A DNA stretch of 39,064 nucleotides from positions 1 through 39,064 of the forward strand of contig SKXR01000038.1 in the NCBI GenBank assembly GCA_007128275.1. The letters are read 5' to 3'. Of this stretch, positions 7,665 to 16,288 are shown in pieces. A program made the position numbers and the translations under genes. Numbering within the stretch: position 1 is the stretch's first letter; every line of letters begins with the position of its first letter. The notes below the pieces were generated by a model. It was given only the letters and a program-made list of their open reading frames with translations. It did not search any database and was not told the origin of the DNA. This DNA comes from Kiritimatiellia bacterium. Lineage in GTDB: Bacteria > Verrucomicrobiota > Kiritimatiellia > SLAD01.

Positions 7665-10454
7665 TTATTGAATCGCTCTGCGACGCGCGTCGGCCCGAAT
7701 GCGCCGCACATCCTCCACGTGATCGCTCCCCGGGAAATCACTCAAGAATTGGATACTCACATCTTCCACGTCTTGATACAGTTCCAGTTCCATCATCAAG
7801 TCTAGGCTTTCCACAAGACTGCGTTCGATGATCGGTCGTAACCGCCTGTTTTCGGGATCCTGCAACAACGCAATGCGCTGGAACGTGGCGAGCGCCTCCT
7901 GCCGGTTGCCCTGCAGCCGCTGGATCTCGCCCAACTTGAACTGCGCCCGCTGATTGACAATGTTGTCCTGCGAAAGCCGGAGAATATCGTTGAGCGCGGT
8001 GAGGGCCGGGTTGTACTGCTCCAATTCCCTGTGCGAATCGGCCAACAGAAAGCGCGCCTCGTAAAAGAACGACGTGTTCGGGAAGCGTTCCAACAGGTCG
8101 TTCAAGGCCGAAACGGCTTCCGCATGATTCCCTTGATGGTTATAGGCATAGCCCAGGCCATGCAGCGCGAGTTCCAGCATCTGGCGCTGTTCCGTGGTTT
8201 CGAGCACGCGGCGATACGCCGGGATGACATCTTCGTAGAGCCCATTGTCGAGCATCAGTTGCCCAATGCGCGTGAATTCCTCCGGGGAATAGGCGTCCGG
8301 CGTGGCGATCATGCGACGGAACGCATCGCGCGCGATTTCCGTTTCGCCGATCTCGAACGCGGAGCTAACCAGCGCGAACAGCGCACTGCGTCCTTCTTCG
8401 GAATCCGGATACTCCCGCGCCAGTTGTTCAAACGTGGCGGCGGCCTCCGAGGATTGGCCCAGCGCCAATTGGATCGCGCCCTTGTCCCGCATGGCGGGCG
8501 GGGCCAGAGACGATTCCGGATGGCGGCGCAGGAAATGGTCATACGCCGCAATGCCCCGTTGACGATAGGTCTCGACCTGCTCCTCCGGCTCGCGGATACG
8601 TCCGTAACAATACCCCACGAAGAAGAGCGATCGTTCCAACAACCCCGCGTTCCGTTCCGCATCTTCGGGACGCGCATTGTCCGGAGGATTATCCACGCTC
8701 AACCACCGCACGATCTGCCCGTACGACTGGATGGCCTCGGCGTACTTCTGCTGTTTCTGCTGGGTATCGGCCAGCAGGAATTGGCCGCGAATCCGGTCAT
8801 GACCGGGACGGGACGCTTCTACGTACCGGCGGAACAACGACTCCGCCTCTTCGAAATCCTTGCTCTGATAGGCGCTATGCGCCATGGCAAAGAGGGCACG
8901 CAGGAAAAAACGGTCGCGCGGATAATTTTCGACAATCCGCTGATAATAGTGCGCAGCCGCCTCCCGCTCGCCTGCGGCTTCGCTACGACGCGCCATATCG
9001 AAGAGCAACGCCGGCGCACGTTCATGATTCGGGAAGCCATCGAAATAGTCACCGAAGATGGCATTGTACATCTCCTCGTTTTCCTGCTCGACGTACATGC
9101 GTCCGGCGATCAACAGGGCGTTGGCGGCCACGTTGTTGTTGGGGAAGCGCTCGGAAAGGTACGAGGACATCATCAAGACATGAAGTTCATCTTCGAGGTG
9201 GGCATAACTCAGCAGCAGGTTGGCGAGGGCGCGGATGGATGGATCGCCTTCGGGGAAAGCGTTGAGAATGCGCAGATACTCTTCAATCGCCTGCTTGTAG
9301 TCACGCTGACGGAACAGATCGTCCGCATGCGTGTACTGCGCCTGGGCGGCGCCCGTCATGTGTTCGCCAAAGTCGATATTCACGCTGCGGCCGTATTCAT
9401 TCTCCAGCATATTGACCAATTCCCGGCCACGCATGCCGGCTTCGGCGCCCCATTCGCTGGTGCCGTACTTTCCGAATACGTTATAATATTCGGTTAAGGC
9501 CCGTTGAATCGCTCCCAGGATTTCCCGTTCCGGAGCGTTTTGCCCGCGAAGTTCGCGGACCTGCTTTTCATACAGTTCGCCCAGCAAGAAACGCGCGCCG
9601 GCCACGGGACTCATCGCCGAGGGGAAGTTTTGTTTCCGCAGCAAATCGTCGATCTTATTCAGGTCGGACATATACCGCTGCAACAATTCGCGGGCGCCGG
9701 CATCGTTGCCCCGTACCATTTCGACATGGGCCATGACACTAATGGATTGGCCGAACCAGAGGTCATAGCCCCCCCACTGAATTTCTTCGCACAACTCAAA
9801 GGATTGTTTCAGGTAGTTTTCGCGTTCCTCGCCGCTCTTTTCGCGGCCCAACTGCAGGAAAAGTCGTGCCAGATCCATTTGGAGTCGACGCTCGGCATTC
9901 GGATCGTCCAAGCCGGCGTTGAGGAGTCTGCGATACGCTTGAGCGGCGCCTTCCCGGTCGCGCATCCGTTCGAGCATTTGCCCATATTGATAGGCGGCGT
10001 CCTGATAAAAGCGGAGCAGATCGGGATCGGTGGGGGTGCGATCCTTATACCGCTCAAAAAAGGCGTCATAGATCGCTCGCGCCTGATCCGTCTCACCGAT
10101 GCGGAAATAGCCCTGGGCGATGCGTAATTGGAGGGCGTGACGCTGGGGGTGATCGTCCGGCATGGTCTTGGCCAATTCCTCGGCCTCGGCGAATCGACGC
10201 TGGGCGATAAGAATTTCGCCTTGAATCCGGGTGGCGCGATCTCGCTGGTCGGGATGAAGGCGCAACACGGCGTCCACCACGCGGTTGGCGAGATCAGAAA
10301 ATCCCAACTCGATCAGGCCGGAGGCAAACTCGAATTCCCGATCCACATCCATGGACGCTTTCGCCGGAGTCGCGACGAAAGGAGACAGGATCAACATGGT
10401 CACGGCCACGGCAACGCGGATGGAATCTTTCACATTCAGCACCTTTCCCGTCAT
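7665..10454 (-). CDS. Large secreted tetratricopeptide-repeat protein (929 aa), first gene of the ExbBD cluster
   Basis: Signal peptide (VAVAVTMLILSPFVATPAKA). After it come many 34-aa-type repeats with the A..Y/F......A...F/Y periodicity throughout. Confidence 0.8.
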   Translation of the reverse strand: MTGKVLNVKDSIRVAVAVTMLILSPFVATPAKASMDVDREFEFASGLIELGFSDLANRVVDAVLRLHPDQRDRATRIQGEILIAQRRFAEAEELAKTMPDDHPQRHALQLRIAQGYFRIGETDQARAIYDAFFERYKDRTPTDPDLLRFYQDAAYQYGQMLERMRDREGAAQAYRRLLNAGLDDPNAERRLQMDLARLFLQLGREKSGEERENYLKQSFELCEEIQWGGYDLWFGQSISVMAHVEMVRGNDAGARELLQRYMSDLNKIDDLLRKQNFPSAMSPVAGARFLLGELYEKQVRELRGQNAPEREILGAIQRALTEYYNVFGKYGTSEWGAEAGMRGRELVNMLENEYGRSVNIDFGEHMTGAAQAQYTHADDLFRQRDYKQAIEEYLRILNAFPEGDPSIRALANLLLSYAHLEDELHVLMMSSYLSERFPNNNVAANALLIAGRMYVEQENEEMYNAIFGDYFDGFPNHERAPALLFDMARRSEAAGEREAAAHYYQRIVENYPRDRFFLRALFAMAHSAYQSKDFEEAESLFRRYVEASRPGHDRIRGQFLLADTQQKQQKYAEAIQSYGQIVRWLSVDNPPDNARPEDAERNAGLLERSLFFVGYCYGRIREPEEQVETYRQRGIAAYDHFLRRHPESSLAPPAMRDKGAIQLALGQSSEAAATFEQLAREYPDSEEGRSALFALVSSAFEIGETEIARDAFRRMIATPDAYSPEEFTRIGQLMLDNGLYEDVIPAYRRVLETTEQRQMLELALHGLGYAYNHQGNHAEAVSALNDLLERFPNTSFFYEARFLLADSHRELEQYNPALTALNDILRLSQDNIVNQRAQFKLGEIQRLQGNRQEALATFQRIALLQDPENRRLRPIIERSLVESLDLMMELELYQDVEDVSIQFLSDFPGSDHVEDVRRIRADARRRAIQ

Positions 10455-10559
10455 ATCATCCCACTAAAAGGCGGTCACTGGTTCAATCGTGAAACAGTCC
10501 GCCAACATGCTCCATAGCGTGAAGGAGCGTAATTGATAACCCCAGGATCGTCAAGTGCC

Positions 10560-10591
10560 GACGCGCACGACGCGGGGACGCGCACGACGCG
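10560..10591. repeat. Direct repeat gacgcgcacgacgcg x2, separated by gg
   Basis: Copies at 10560-10574 and 10577-10591, in the spacer between the coiled-coil gene and the TPR operon. Confidence 0.9.
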
Positions 10592-10621
10592 CGACGAACC
10601 CGAGAGCCACCACGCCTTCTC

Positions 10622-10915
10622 TTAGTGCTTCCTGAATTTCGCCCCGGCTTCCTTGAAACCCAGCTTGAGCGATTCCCATGAGGCGTTCAGCCCGGCCTTG
10701 AGCGAAGCCCACGCCTCGTCACCGGCAGCGCCGAATTCCTTCAGTTGGTCGCGGGCTTCCGCCATCTGCGTTTCCAACGCATCAATCTGTTCTTGCATCC
10801 CGTGTTGAGCGTCCGCGCTCGCCCCTTTGGCTTGCGCTTTCAACTTATCGAGTTCCGCGTGCCATTCATCCAGCTGCGCCTGCAGTTTCTGTTGATATAA
10901 TTTTCTGTCACTCAT
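10622..10915 (-). CDS. Small coiled-coil protein (97 aa), function unknown
   Basis: The ATG at 10913-10915 overlaps the TGA of the upstream FAD oxidoreductase (ATGA). Sequence MSDRKLYQQKLQAQLDEWHAELDKLKAQAKG...: heptad-rich, with no TM segment. Confidence 0.65.
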   Translation of the reverse strand: MSDRKLYQQKLQAQLDEWHAELDKLKAQAKGASADAQHGMQEQIDALETQMAEARDQLKEFGAAGDEAWASLKAGLNASWESLKLGFKEAGAKFRKH

Positions 10916-12336
10916 GTGCTTTCTCCTTCTGTCGTGTCGGATTGATACGCGGCAACACATTTCTCATAGAGATCAGGGAAGGCGCCTTCCGGATCGTAGC
11001 GCGATTTGAGTCGCCCATAGGCATCACGATTGTAGTGCGACCAGAATTCCGTCTCCGTGAAGAACGAAGTGGAGTAGAGCGACTTCTTGCCGCCCAGCCG
11101 GGCTACTTCTTTTTCCACAAGCCGGTTGTAATGGCCCGGCGGATGACCACTCCGTACGCCGCCCCAGAAACCAAAGTTGATATACAATACATCCGGATCG
11201 GTTTGATACAAGGGATAGACATTCTCCGTGCGGAACGCCTGAGCGGGACAGATCCATACCGGCCGTATACCAATTCGCTCGTTCAGAAATTCCAAAAACC
11301 GGGGCGCGTGCTCCACCGGGATCTCCACATCCTGAATCACCCACTCTACGGATGGCATGAGTCCAATCCGTTGCAGCAGACGCCCGCGTTCGTTCCAGTC
11401 GCGCAGCTTCCAGTACGTCGTGGAATTCAGCAAGCCCATCGAACCCGCCAGAAAACGCAATACGGGGTTCTCCATTCCAAAAGCGCGGGAGCACCAAAAC
11501 CAATCGGTATCCCAGCGCCAAATGTAATCGCGGGTCGTGAGGACATCCCCGTCTTTCCGCCGGATCGAATGATAATACACCTTCATGAAGGTATACCGGC
11601 TTACCGCTTCCGCGTGATCGATGAAATGCCCCTCGGTCCGATACAGCTCATGGTTCCCAAAGGCCGTACCGTCCATGAACGCGGCCCCGTCCGCGCGGTT
11701 ACGATGCTTCCGACAGGCCTCCGCCAAATCATGGAAATAGGAGTCGGGATCGGCGGCCTTCGCATGCGTAAGCCGCACATAGGAACGCACCGGCACGAGC
11801 CGTATCCATAGCCGAAGCGCATAGCCCAGCGTCCCGTACGAATTGGGGAACCCATAGAAAAGATCGCGCTGCTCATTATCCGGACGCGCCAACACCGTAC
11901 GCCCCTCCCCCGTCAACACCTCGACCGCTTGCAGAGTCTCGTGCACAAACCCGTACCGGAACGACGAAGACTCGATGCCCCCGCCGGTGACGGCGCCGCC
12001 AACCGTGATGGATTTCAGTTGGGGCACCACGGCCGGCATCAAGCCGTGCGGCAACGTCGCATCCACCAGCGTCTCGTACGGGGTCATGCCTTCCACTTCG
12101 GCCACCCGGTTCTCCGGGTCCACCGCGATGACATGGTTGAAATCAGTGACGTCGAGACGTTCGGCGCGGGTGGGCGCCGGCCGTACCCGAAACAGATTCG
12201 ATGTGCGCTTGCCGAGGCGCGGCGTGCGTCCGCGTTGCCGGGCCTCCGCGAACTGCTTGATCAGCCGGTCCCGGCGCATCGCAAAAGACCGGCGCCGGGA
12301 TTCGGATGCAATCCCGCTGTTATCGTACCGGCGCAT
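10912..12336 (-). CDS. PCMH-type FAD-binding oxidoreductase, BfaA/DHCR24-like
   Basis: Contains KRTSNLFRVR...VIAVDPENRVAEVEGMTPYETLVDATLPHGLMPAVVPQLKSITVGGAVTGGGIESSSFRYG (FAD_binding_4-like) and the C-terminal YGRLKSRYDPEGAFPDLYEKC. I place the start at ATG 12334-12336, overlapping the last 17 nt of the methyltransferase gene. The ATG at 12279 is an alternative. The track ORF start at 12492 lies inside the upstream gene. Confidence 0.75.
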   Translation of the reverse strand: MRRYDNSGIASESRRRSFAMRRDRLIKQFAEARQRGRTPRLGKRTSNLFRVRPAPTRAERLDVTDFNHVIAVDPENRVAEVEGMTPYETLVDATLPHGLMPAVVPQLKSITVGGAVTGGGIESSSFRYGFVHETLQAVEVLTGEGRTVLARPDNEQRDLFYGFPNSYGTLGYALRLWIRLVPVRSYVRLTHAKAADPDSYFHDLAEACRKHRNRADGAAFMDGTAFGNHELYRTEGHFIDHAEAVSRYTFMKVYYHSIRRKDGDVLTTRDYIWRWDTDWFWCSRAFGMENPVLRFLAGSMGLLNSTTYWKLRDWNERGRLLQRIGLMPSVEWVIQDVEIPVEHAPRFLEFLNERIGIRPVWICPAQAFRTENVYPLYQTDPDVLYINFGFWGGVRSGHPPGHYNRLVEKEVARLGGKKSLYSTSFFTETEFWSHYNRDAYGRLKSRYDPEGAFPDLYEKCVAAYQSDTTEGEST

Positions 12337-13501
12337 AACCGCCCGGCACCCCCTCCCTCGACAACACGAATTGCCATAAATGCACGTTTCGCGCGCGGAA
12401 AGAACCGGCGCAGGAAAGCAGATAATACGTCCACATCCGGTAAAAGGTGTCGCCGTATTCCTCTCGAAACGACGGCCAGTGACGATCCACATTCCGGAAC
12501 CACGCCATCAGTGTGTGATCGTAATCCGCGCCGATATTATGAAGATCCTCGAGCATGAACCGGCCCTGTATCGCGCGCATCACTTGCTCGAGCGAAGGCA
12601 ACTGGCCGCCGGGAAAAATATACTTGGTGAACCACGGATCACTGGTGCGCTTGGTGACGTTGCACCCAATGGTATGCAATAGCACCAAACCGTCCTTGCG
12701 CAGGCAGCGATCCAGGAGGGTCATGAAATCGCGGTAATTACGCGCACCCACATGTTCCAGCATGCCGATGGAAACAATGCGGTCATAGACGCCCGACGCC
12801 TGGCGATAATCCGCATGCACAATCTCCACCGGCAGGTCGCGGCAAAACGTACGGGCATACTCCACCTGCTGCCGGGAGATGTTGTAGGAAGTGACCCGGC
12901 ATCCGTACCGCGCGGCGGCAAACCGGGCAAAACCGCCCCACCCTCCGCCCAGCTCCAGAATGTGGTCCCCTTTCGCAAGATGCAATTTGCGGCAGACCAG
13001 ATCCAGCTTGGCTTCCTGCGCCTCCGCCAGGGTATCGGCCCCCTTCCAGTAAGCGCACGTGTACTGCATCCAAGGGTCGAGCATCTTCTCAAAGAAACGA
13101 TTACCCAAGTCGTAATGCAGTTCGGCCACCCGCCGGGAACGCACCGGGCTTTGGAGGTTAAACAGGCGGGCCTTCATCCACGCCGCCGCAAATTTCGGGT
13201 CGCGAATCCGGCCGTTCAGCTTGGCACGTAACACGCGATGAAAGAACTCGTCCAGTTGATCGACATCCCACCAACGCTCCATGTAGGCCTCGCCCAACCC
13301 GAGATTTCCTTCCGCCATAACGCGGTCAAAGAACCGATCGTCATGGACCTGCACATCCCAAGGGTTATCGCCACCCAATCGCACATCCGCCTCGGCCAGC
13401 AGAGAAGCCAACGCCTCTTCGGTTATCGAGGGTGGTGTCGGACGGCTCGATATATCGACAGCCGTATTCATTGTATGTACGCTACCAAGCGCGTGGCACA
13501 T
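12320..13501 (-). CDS. Cyclopropane-fatty-acyl-phospholipid synthase family SAM-dependent methyltransferase (Cfa/BfaB-like)
   Basis: Contains NLGLGEAYMERWWD, HYDLGNRFFEKMLDPWMQYTCAYW, ILELGGGWGGFARFAA (SAM motif I) and the typical C-terminal WRMWTYYLLSCAGSFRAR. Alternative start at ATG 13471. Confidence 0.85.
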   Translation of the reverse strand: MCHALGSVHTMNTAVDISSRPTPPSITEEALASLLAEADVRLGGDNPWDVQVHDDRFFDRVMAEGNLGLGEAYMERWWDVDQLDEFFHRVLRAKLNGRIRDPKFAAAWMKARLFNLQSPVRSRRVAELHYDLGNRFFEKMLDPWMQYTCAYWKGADTLAEAQEAKLDLVCRKLHLAKGDHILELGGGWGGFARFAAARYGCRVTSYNISRQQVEYARTFCRDLPVEIVHADYRQASGVYDRIVSIGMLEHVGARNYRDFMTLLDRCLRKDGLVLLHTIGCNVTKRTSDPWFTKYIFPGGQLPSLEQVMRAIQGRFMLEDLHNIGADYDHTLMAWFRNVDRHWPSFREEYGDTFYRMWTYYLLSCAGSFRARNVHLWQFVLSREGVPGGYAPVR

Positions 13502-13531
13502 TGCAAGTACGGACTCACAACGAAGTGCCGC

Positions 13532-15109
13532 TCACAAACCGATGTAGAACCCCGTATGCGCCTGGATTTCGTCGGCCACGCGCCGGACCAGTTCCGGCGA
13601 CGCAGGCTGATTAATCTTGAGCAACGCCAGCGACTGGGTACCCTTCGAATTGTGCGGGTTGCGCACGTCGTCGATGTTGATGTTCTCGGCGGCCAGCGCG
13701 GCGGCGATCCGACCCAACACGCCGGGCCGATCCTCGTAGGTGAAAATCACCGTGTGCCCTTTCGGCTCAAAGTACAGCTTGTCGAAATCGCTGATCCGCG
13801 AGATCATGAGGTTCCCTTCCGCCACGGTGCCGCGCACGCTGGCGGTGAATAACTGATCCGCGCCGGTGTGTGCGGTAAAGTCCACGGTAATGGAATTCTC
13901 GTAACCCTTGGTCGGGTCCGTCTTCCGATCCCGATAATCAATGCCCATCTCCTTCAGGTATTCCAGCGCGGCGGCATAATCCATGGAGCGGTCAAAATCC
14001 TTGTTCAACGCCGCGACCATCGGCAACAACAACCATTGCGCGTAGGGCTTGAGGGTGCCGTAGAAACTGGTTTCAATCTGTTTGACATGATGATCCAAGC
14101 CCACCATGGAGCGGCATAACCGCGCCAACGTGTATGCCAACTCGCCGTACTCCTCGTCGAGGCCCGCCGGAATGTCGCGGTTCACCACGAAACTGGTGAT
14201 CCCCATGTCATCATATTCAATGAGCTCCTCGGCGGCGCGGCGCGCCGCATGGGTGTTGGCCTCGACCGTACTGGCCCCGAGATGAGGCAACAGGAGGTCG
14301 GCAATGTCGGCAATGGGTTTGGGGCCCGCCTCGTCCTTCGGGTACACGTCGTTGAGCAAACGAAGTCGCCGCTCCTCTTTCCATTGCCGAAAGGCGTCTT
14401 CATTGACGATCCCGGCCCGCGCGCAATTGACGATCGTGGCGCCGGGTTTCATGAGTGAGAGCAATTCCTCATTCACGATGCCGCGTGTCTGATCGTTTTC
14501 CGGAATATGCAGCGACACATAATCCGATTCCCGAAAGATCGTGGGCAAGTCGGTCAGTTCGATATTCAGGTCACGCGCGCGTTCTTCCGAGATGACGGGA
14601 TCATAGCCCAACGCGCGCACCTCAAAGCCTTGGAGACGGCGCAACAACAACTTCCCGATGGCGCCCAACCCGACGATACCCACGGTCTTTCCCGCCAGTT
14701 CGCGTCCCATGAACTTGCTTTTTTCCCATTTCCCCGCTCGCACGGAAGGATCGGCCTGCACGATATGCCGCGCATCCGCGAGGATCATCGCAATGACCTC
14801 CTCCGCCACGGCATTGGCGTTGGCGCCCGGCGTGTTCATGACGTCGATCCCCTTGCGACGGGCGTGTTGGGTGTCGATGGTGTTGTATCCGGCTCCCGCG
14901 CGAATGATCAGGCGCAGGGCGGGCAATGCGTCGATGACCTCGGCGGTAATCTTTTCGCTCCGCACAAGCAGCGCGTAGACATCGGGATGCGCGGCAACCA
15001 ATTCGGCCAGCGGCGTCTCTGCATCGTGAACCACGCTATATCCGCCGTGCTGCTCGAGGATGTCCCGGGCAAGGGATTCGAGTTTCGTCGGGATCAGTAC
15101 CTTTTTCAT
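13532..15109 (-). CDS. serA: D-3-phosphoglycerate dehydrogenase (long form with a C-terminal ACT domain)
   Basis: 525 aa. Contains GAGYNTIDTQHARRKGIDVMNTPGANANAVAE and the NAD fold VGIVGLGAIGK. The C-terminal HTVIFTYEDRPGVLGRIAAALAAENINI is ACT-like. Confidence 0.9.
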   Translation of the reverse strand: MKKVLIPTKLESLARDILEQHGGYSVVHDAETPLAELVAAHPDVYALLVRSEKITAEVIDALPALRLIIRAGAGYNTIDTQHARRKGIDVMNTPGANANAVAEEVIAMILADARHIVQADPSVRAGKWEKSKFMGRELAGKTVGIVGLGAIGKLLLRRLQGFEVRALGYDPVISEERARDLNIELTDLPTIFRESDYVSLHIPENDQTRGIVNEELLSLMKPGATIVNCARAGIVNEDAFRQWKEERRLRLLNDVYPKDEAGPKPIADIADLLLPHLGASTVEANTHAARRAAEELIEYDDMGITSFVVNRDIPAGLDEEYGELAYTLARLCRSMVGLDHHVKQIETSFYGTLKPYAQWLLLPMVAALNKDFDRSMDYAAALEYLKEMGIDYRDRKTDPTKGYENSITVDFTAHTGADQLFTASVRGTVAEGNLMISRISDFDKLYFEPKGHTVIFTYEDRPGVLGRIAAALAAENINIDDVRNPHNSKGTQSLALLKINQPASPELVRRVADEIQAHTGFYIGL

Positions 15110-15258
15110 GTTGGGCCTTGCAAAATCGGGTTTTCGGATCGGTCAGTTAAGGCCCCGCAGCTTAACGGGGGAGACGGGAACGAATCAAGCGCGGAGTGGA
15201 ACACGGGGCAGGACGGCCTTCTACGCGCTGCCGATGCGCTTGTTCTGGAATTGCCTGC

Positions 15259-15287
15259 TTGACCGCGTCCCTGCCCGCTCCTATTGT
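15259..15287 (+). promoter_or_regulatory. Putative sigma70-type promoter abutting the bamD-like ATG (possible leaderless mRNA)
   Basis: TTGACC (15259-15264), a 17-nt spacer, TATTGT (15282-15287), then the ATG at 15296. No Shine-Dalgarno sequence in between. Confidence 0.3.
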
Positions 15288-15295
15288 ACTCGGCC

Positions 15296-16288
15296 ATGAC
15301 TATTCGGCCATTTATTCGAAGCGCGCTCTTCTGTGGCGGCCTGGCCCTGTTCTTCTTGCTCCCGGTCGCGACCGAGGCTTCGCGTCCATTTCACGAGGAA
15401 GAACGCGAGCCCCGTCGGTTCCGTCTCTTACGCCCCAAAATGGATGAACCCGCCGCCCAATTGCAGTATGCCGACGCGTTGCAGGAACGCGGGCGTATGC
15501 GCCGCGCCCAACGCCAGTACCGCGCGCTGGTCCGTTATTGGCCCAACACGCAGGAAGCCGCTCAAGCCCAATACGCGTATGCCCGCCTCCTCGAAGAGCG
15601 CGGTAAACTTTCCCGCGCGTTCGATCAGTACGAAACCTTGATGGAAAACTACACGGGCATGTTTCCGCACGCGCACGTGCTGGAACGATTCTTCGAGATG
15701 GGCGAGACCATCATGGATCGGCGACGCGCCCGCTTCCTGATCTTCCCCGGATTTCATGCGCCGGAACGGGCCATCCCGTACTTCGAGGCCGTGGTCGATT
15801 ACGGTCCGCAATGGGCACGAGCGCCCGAGGCGCAACTGAACATTGCCCGGATCAAGGAACAGATCGACAGACTCGAAGAGGCCGTCTTCGCGTATGACCG
15901 CGTTGAATTCCGTTATCCGCGCAGTCCGCTCGTGGAGGAAGCGTCTTTTGGGAAAGCCCGCACGCTCTATGAGCTTTCCCGCGAAGCCCCCAACCACGTG
16001 GACGGCGCGGAAACGGCGCTGCACGCGTTGGGCTCGTTTGTGCGTAATTATCCGGATTCCGAACATGTCGAGGAAGCGCGCGAGTATATGCGAACCTTGT
16101 ACCGGGAACTCGCCCGACTTGCCTATCAGAAGGCGCGCTATTACGATCGCATCGCGCGTCGCCCGCAGGCCGCTGTAACCACGTATGAGCGTTTTCTGGA
16201 GGAATTTCCGGATACCGAATGGTCCGACACGGTCAGAAAGCGCTTGGAAACATTGCGGGAAAAGTTGGGAGATCAAGATGAGGGTTAA
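15296..16288 (+). CDS. BamD-like (YfiO-family) TPR protein, putative outer-membrane assembly factor
   Basis: The ATG at 15296 gives MTIRPFIRSALFCGGLALFFLLPVATEA, a signal sequence. The track start at 15284 is a TTG. TPR pairs with the Y..A......G....A periodicity throughout (QYADALQERGRMRRAQRQYRALVRYWPNTQEAAQAQYAYARLLEERGK). The family call is by resemblance only. Confidence 0.5.
   Translation: MTIRPFIRSALFCGGLALFFLLPVATEASRPFHEEEREPRRFRLLRPKMDEPAAQLQYADALQERGRMRRAQRQYRALVRYWPNTQEAAQAQYAYARLLEERGKLSRAFDQYETLMENYTGMFPHAHVLERFFEMGETIMDRRRARFLIFPGFHAPERAIPYFEAVVDYGPQWARAPEAQLNIARIKEQIDRLEEAVFAYDRVEFRYPRSPLVEEASFGKARTLYELSREAPNHVDGAETALHALGSFVRNYPDSEHVEEAREYMRTLYRELARLAYQKARYYDRIARRPQAAVTTYERFLEEFPDTEWSDTVRKRLETLREKLGDQDEG

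Noticed and set aside
6827-7741. N-terminal extensions in the ORF track for several genes: 6827-7741, 10622-10960, 10912-12492, 16185-16811, 18014-19309, 20964-21743, 21670-22026, 31560-32507 and 37408-38265
   Set aside because: The extended parts overlap the upstream gene or the divergent spacer. Internal ATGs give proper signal peptides, lipoboxes or family-typical N-termini, and often stop/start coupling, so I used the shorter coordinates.
8031-9497. 488-aa plus-strand ORF, the longest of many long ORFs antisense to recognised genes. Others include 10942-11811, 13238-13852, 15428-16276, 16233-16883, 17334-17939, 18305-19114, 23346-24446, 24744-26225, 29851-30975, 33586-34377 and 36166-37434.
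   Set aside because: Each lies entirely opposite a gene with clear family motifs (TPR, FAD oxidase, SerA, DUF4139, FtsH, SerS and so on). Their translations are Arg/Gly/His-rich and low-complexity, as expected for shadow ORFs in high-GC DNA. None shows a recognisable motif.
10560-10591. 15-nt direct repeat as a possible mini-CRISPR or regulatory iteron
   Set aside because: There are only two copies, separated by 2 nt, with no spacers and no cas genes. It is most simply a local slippage duplication in GC-rich spacer DNA.
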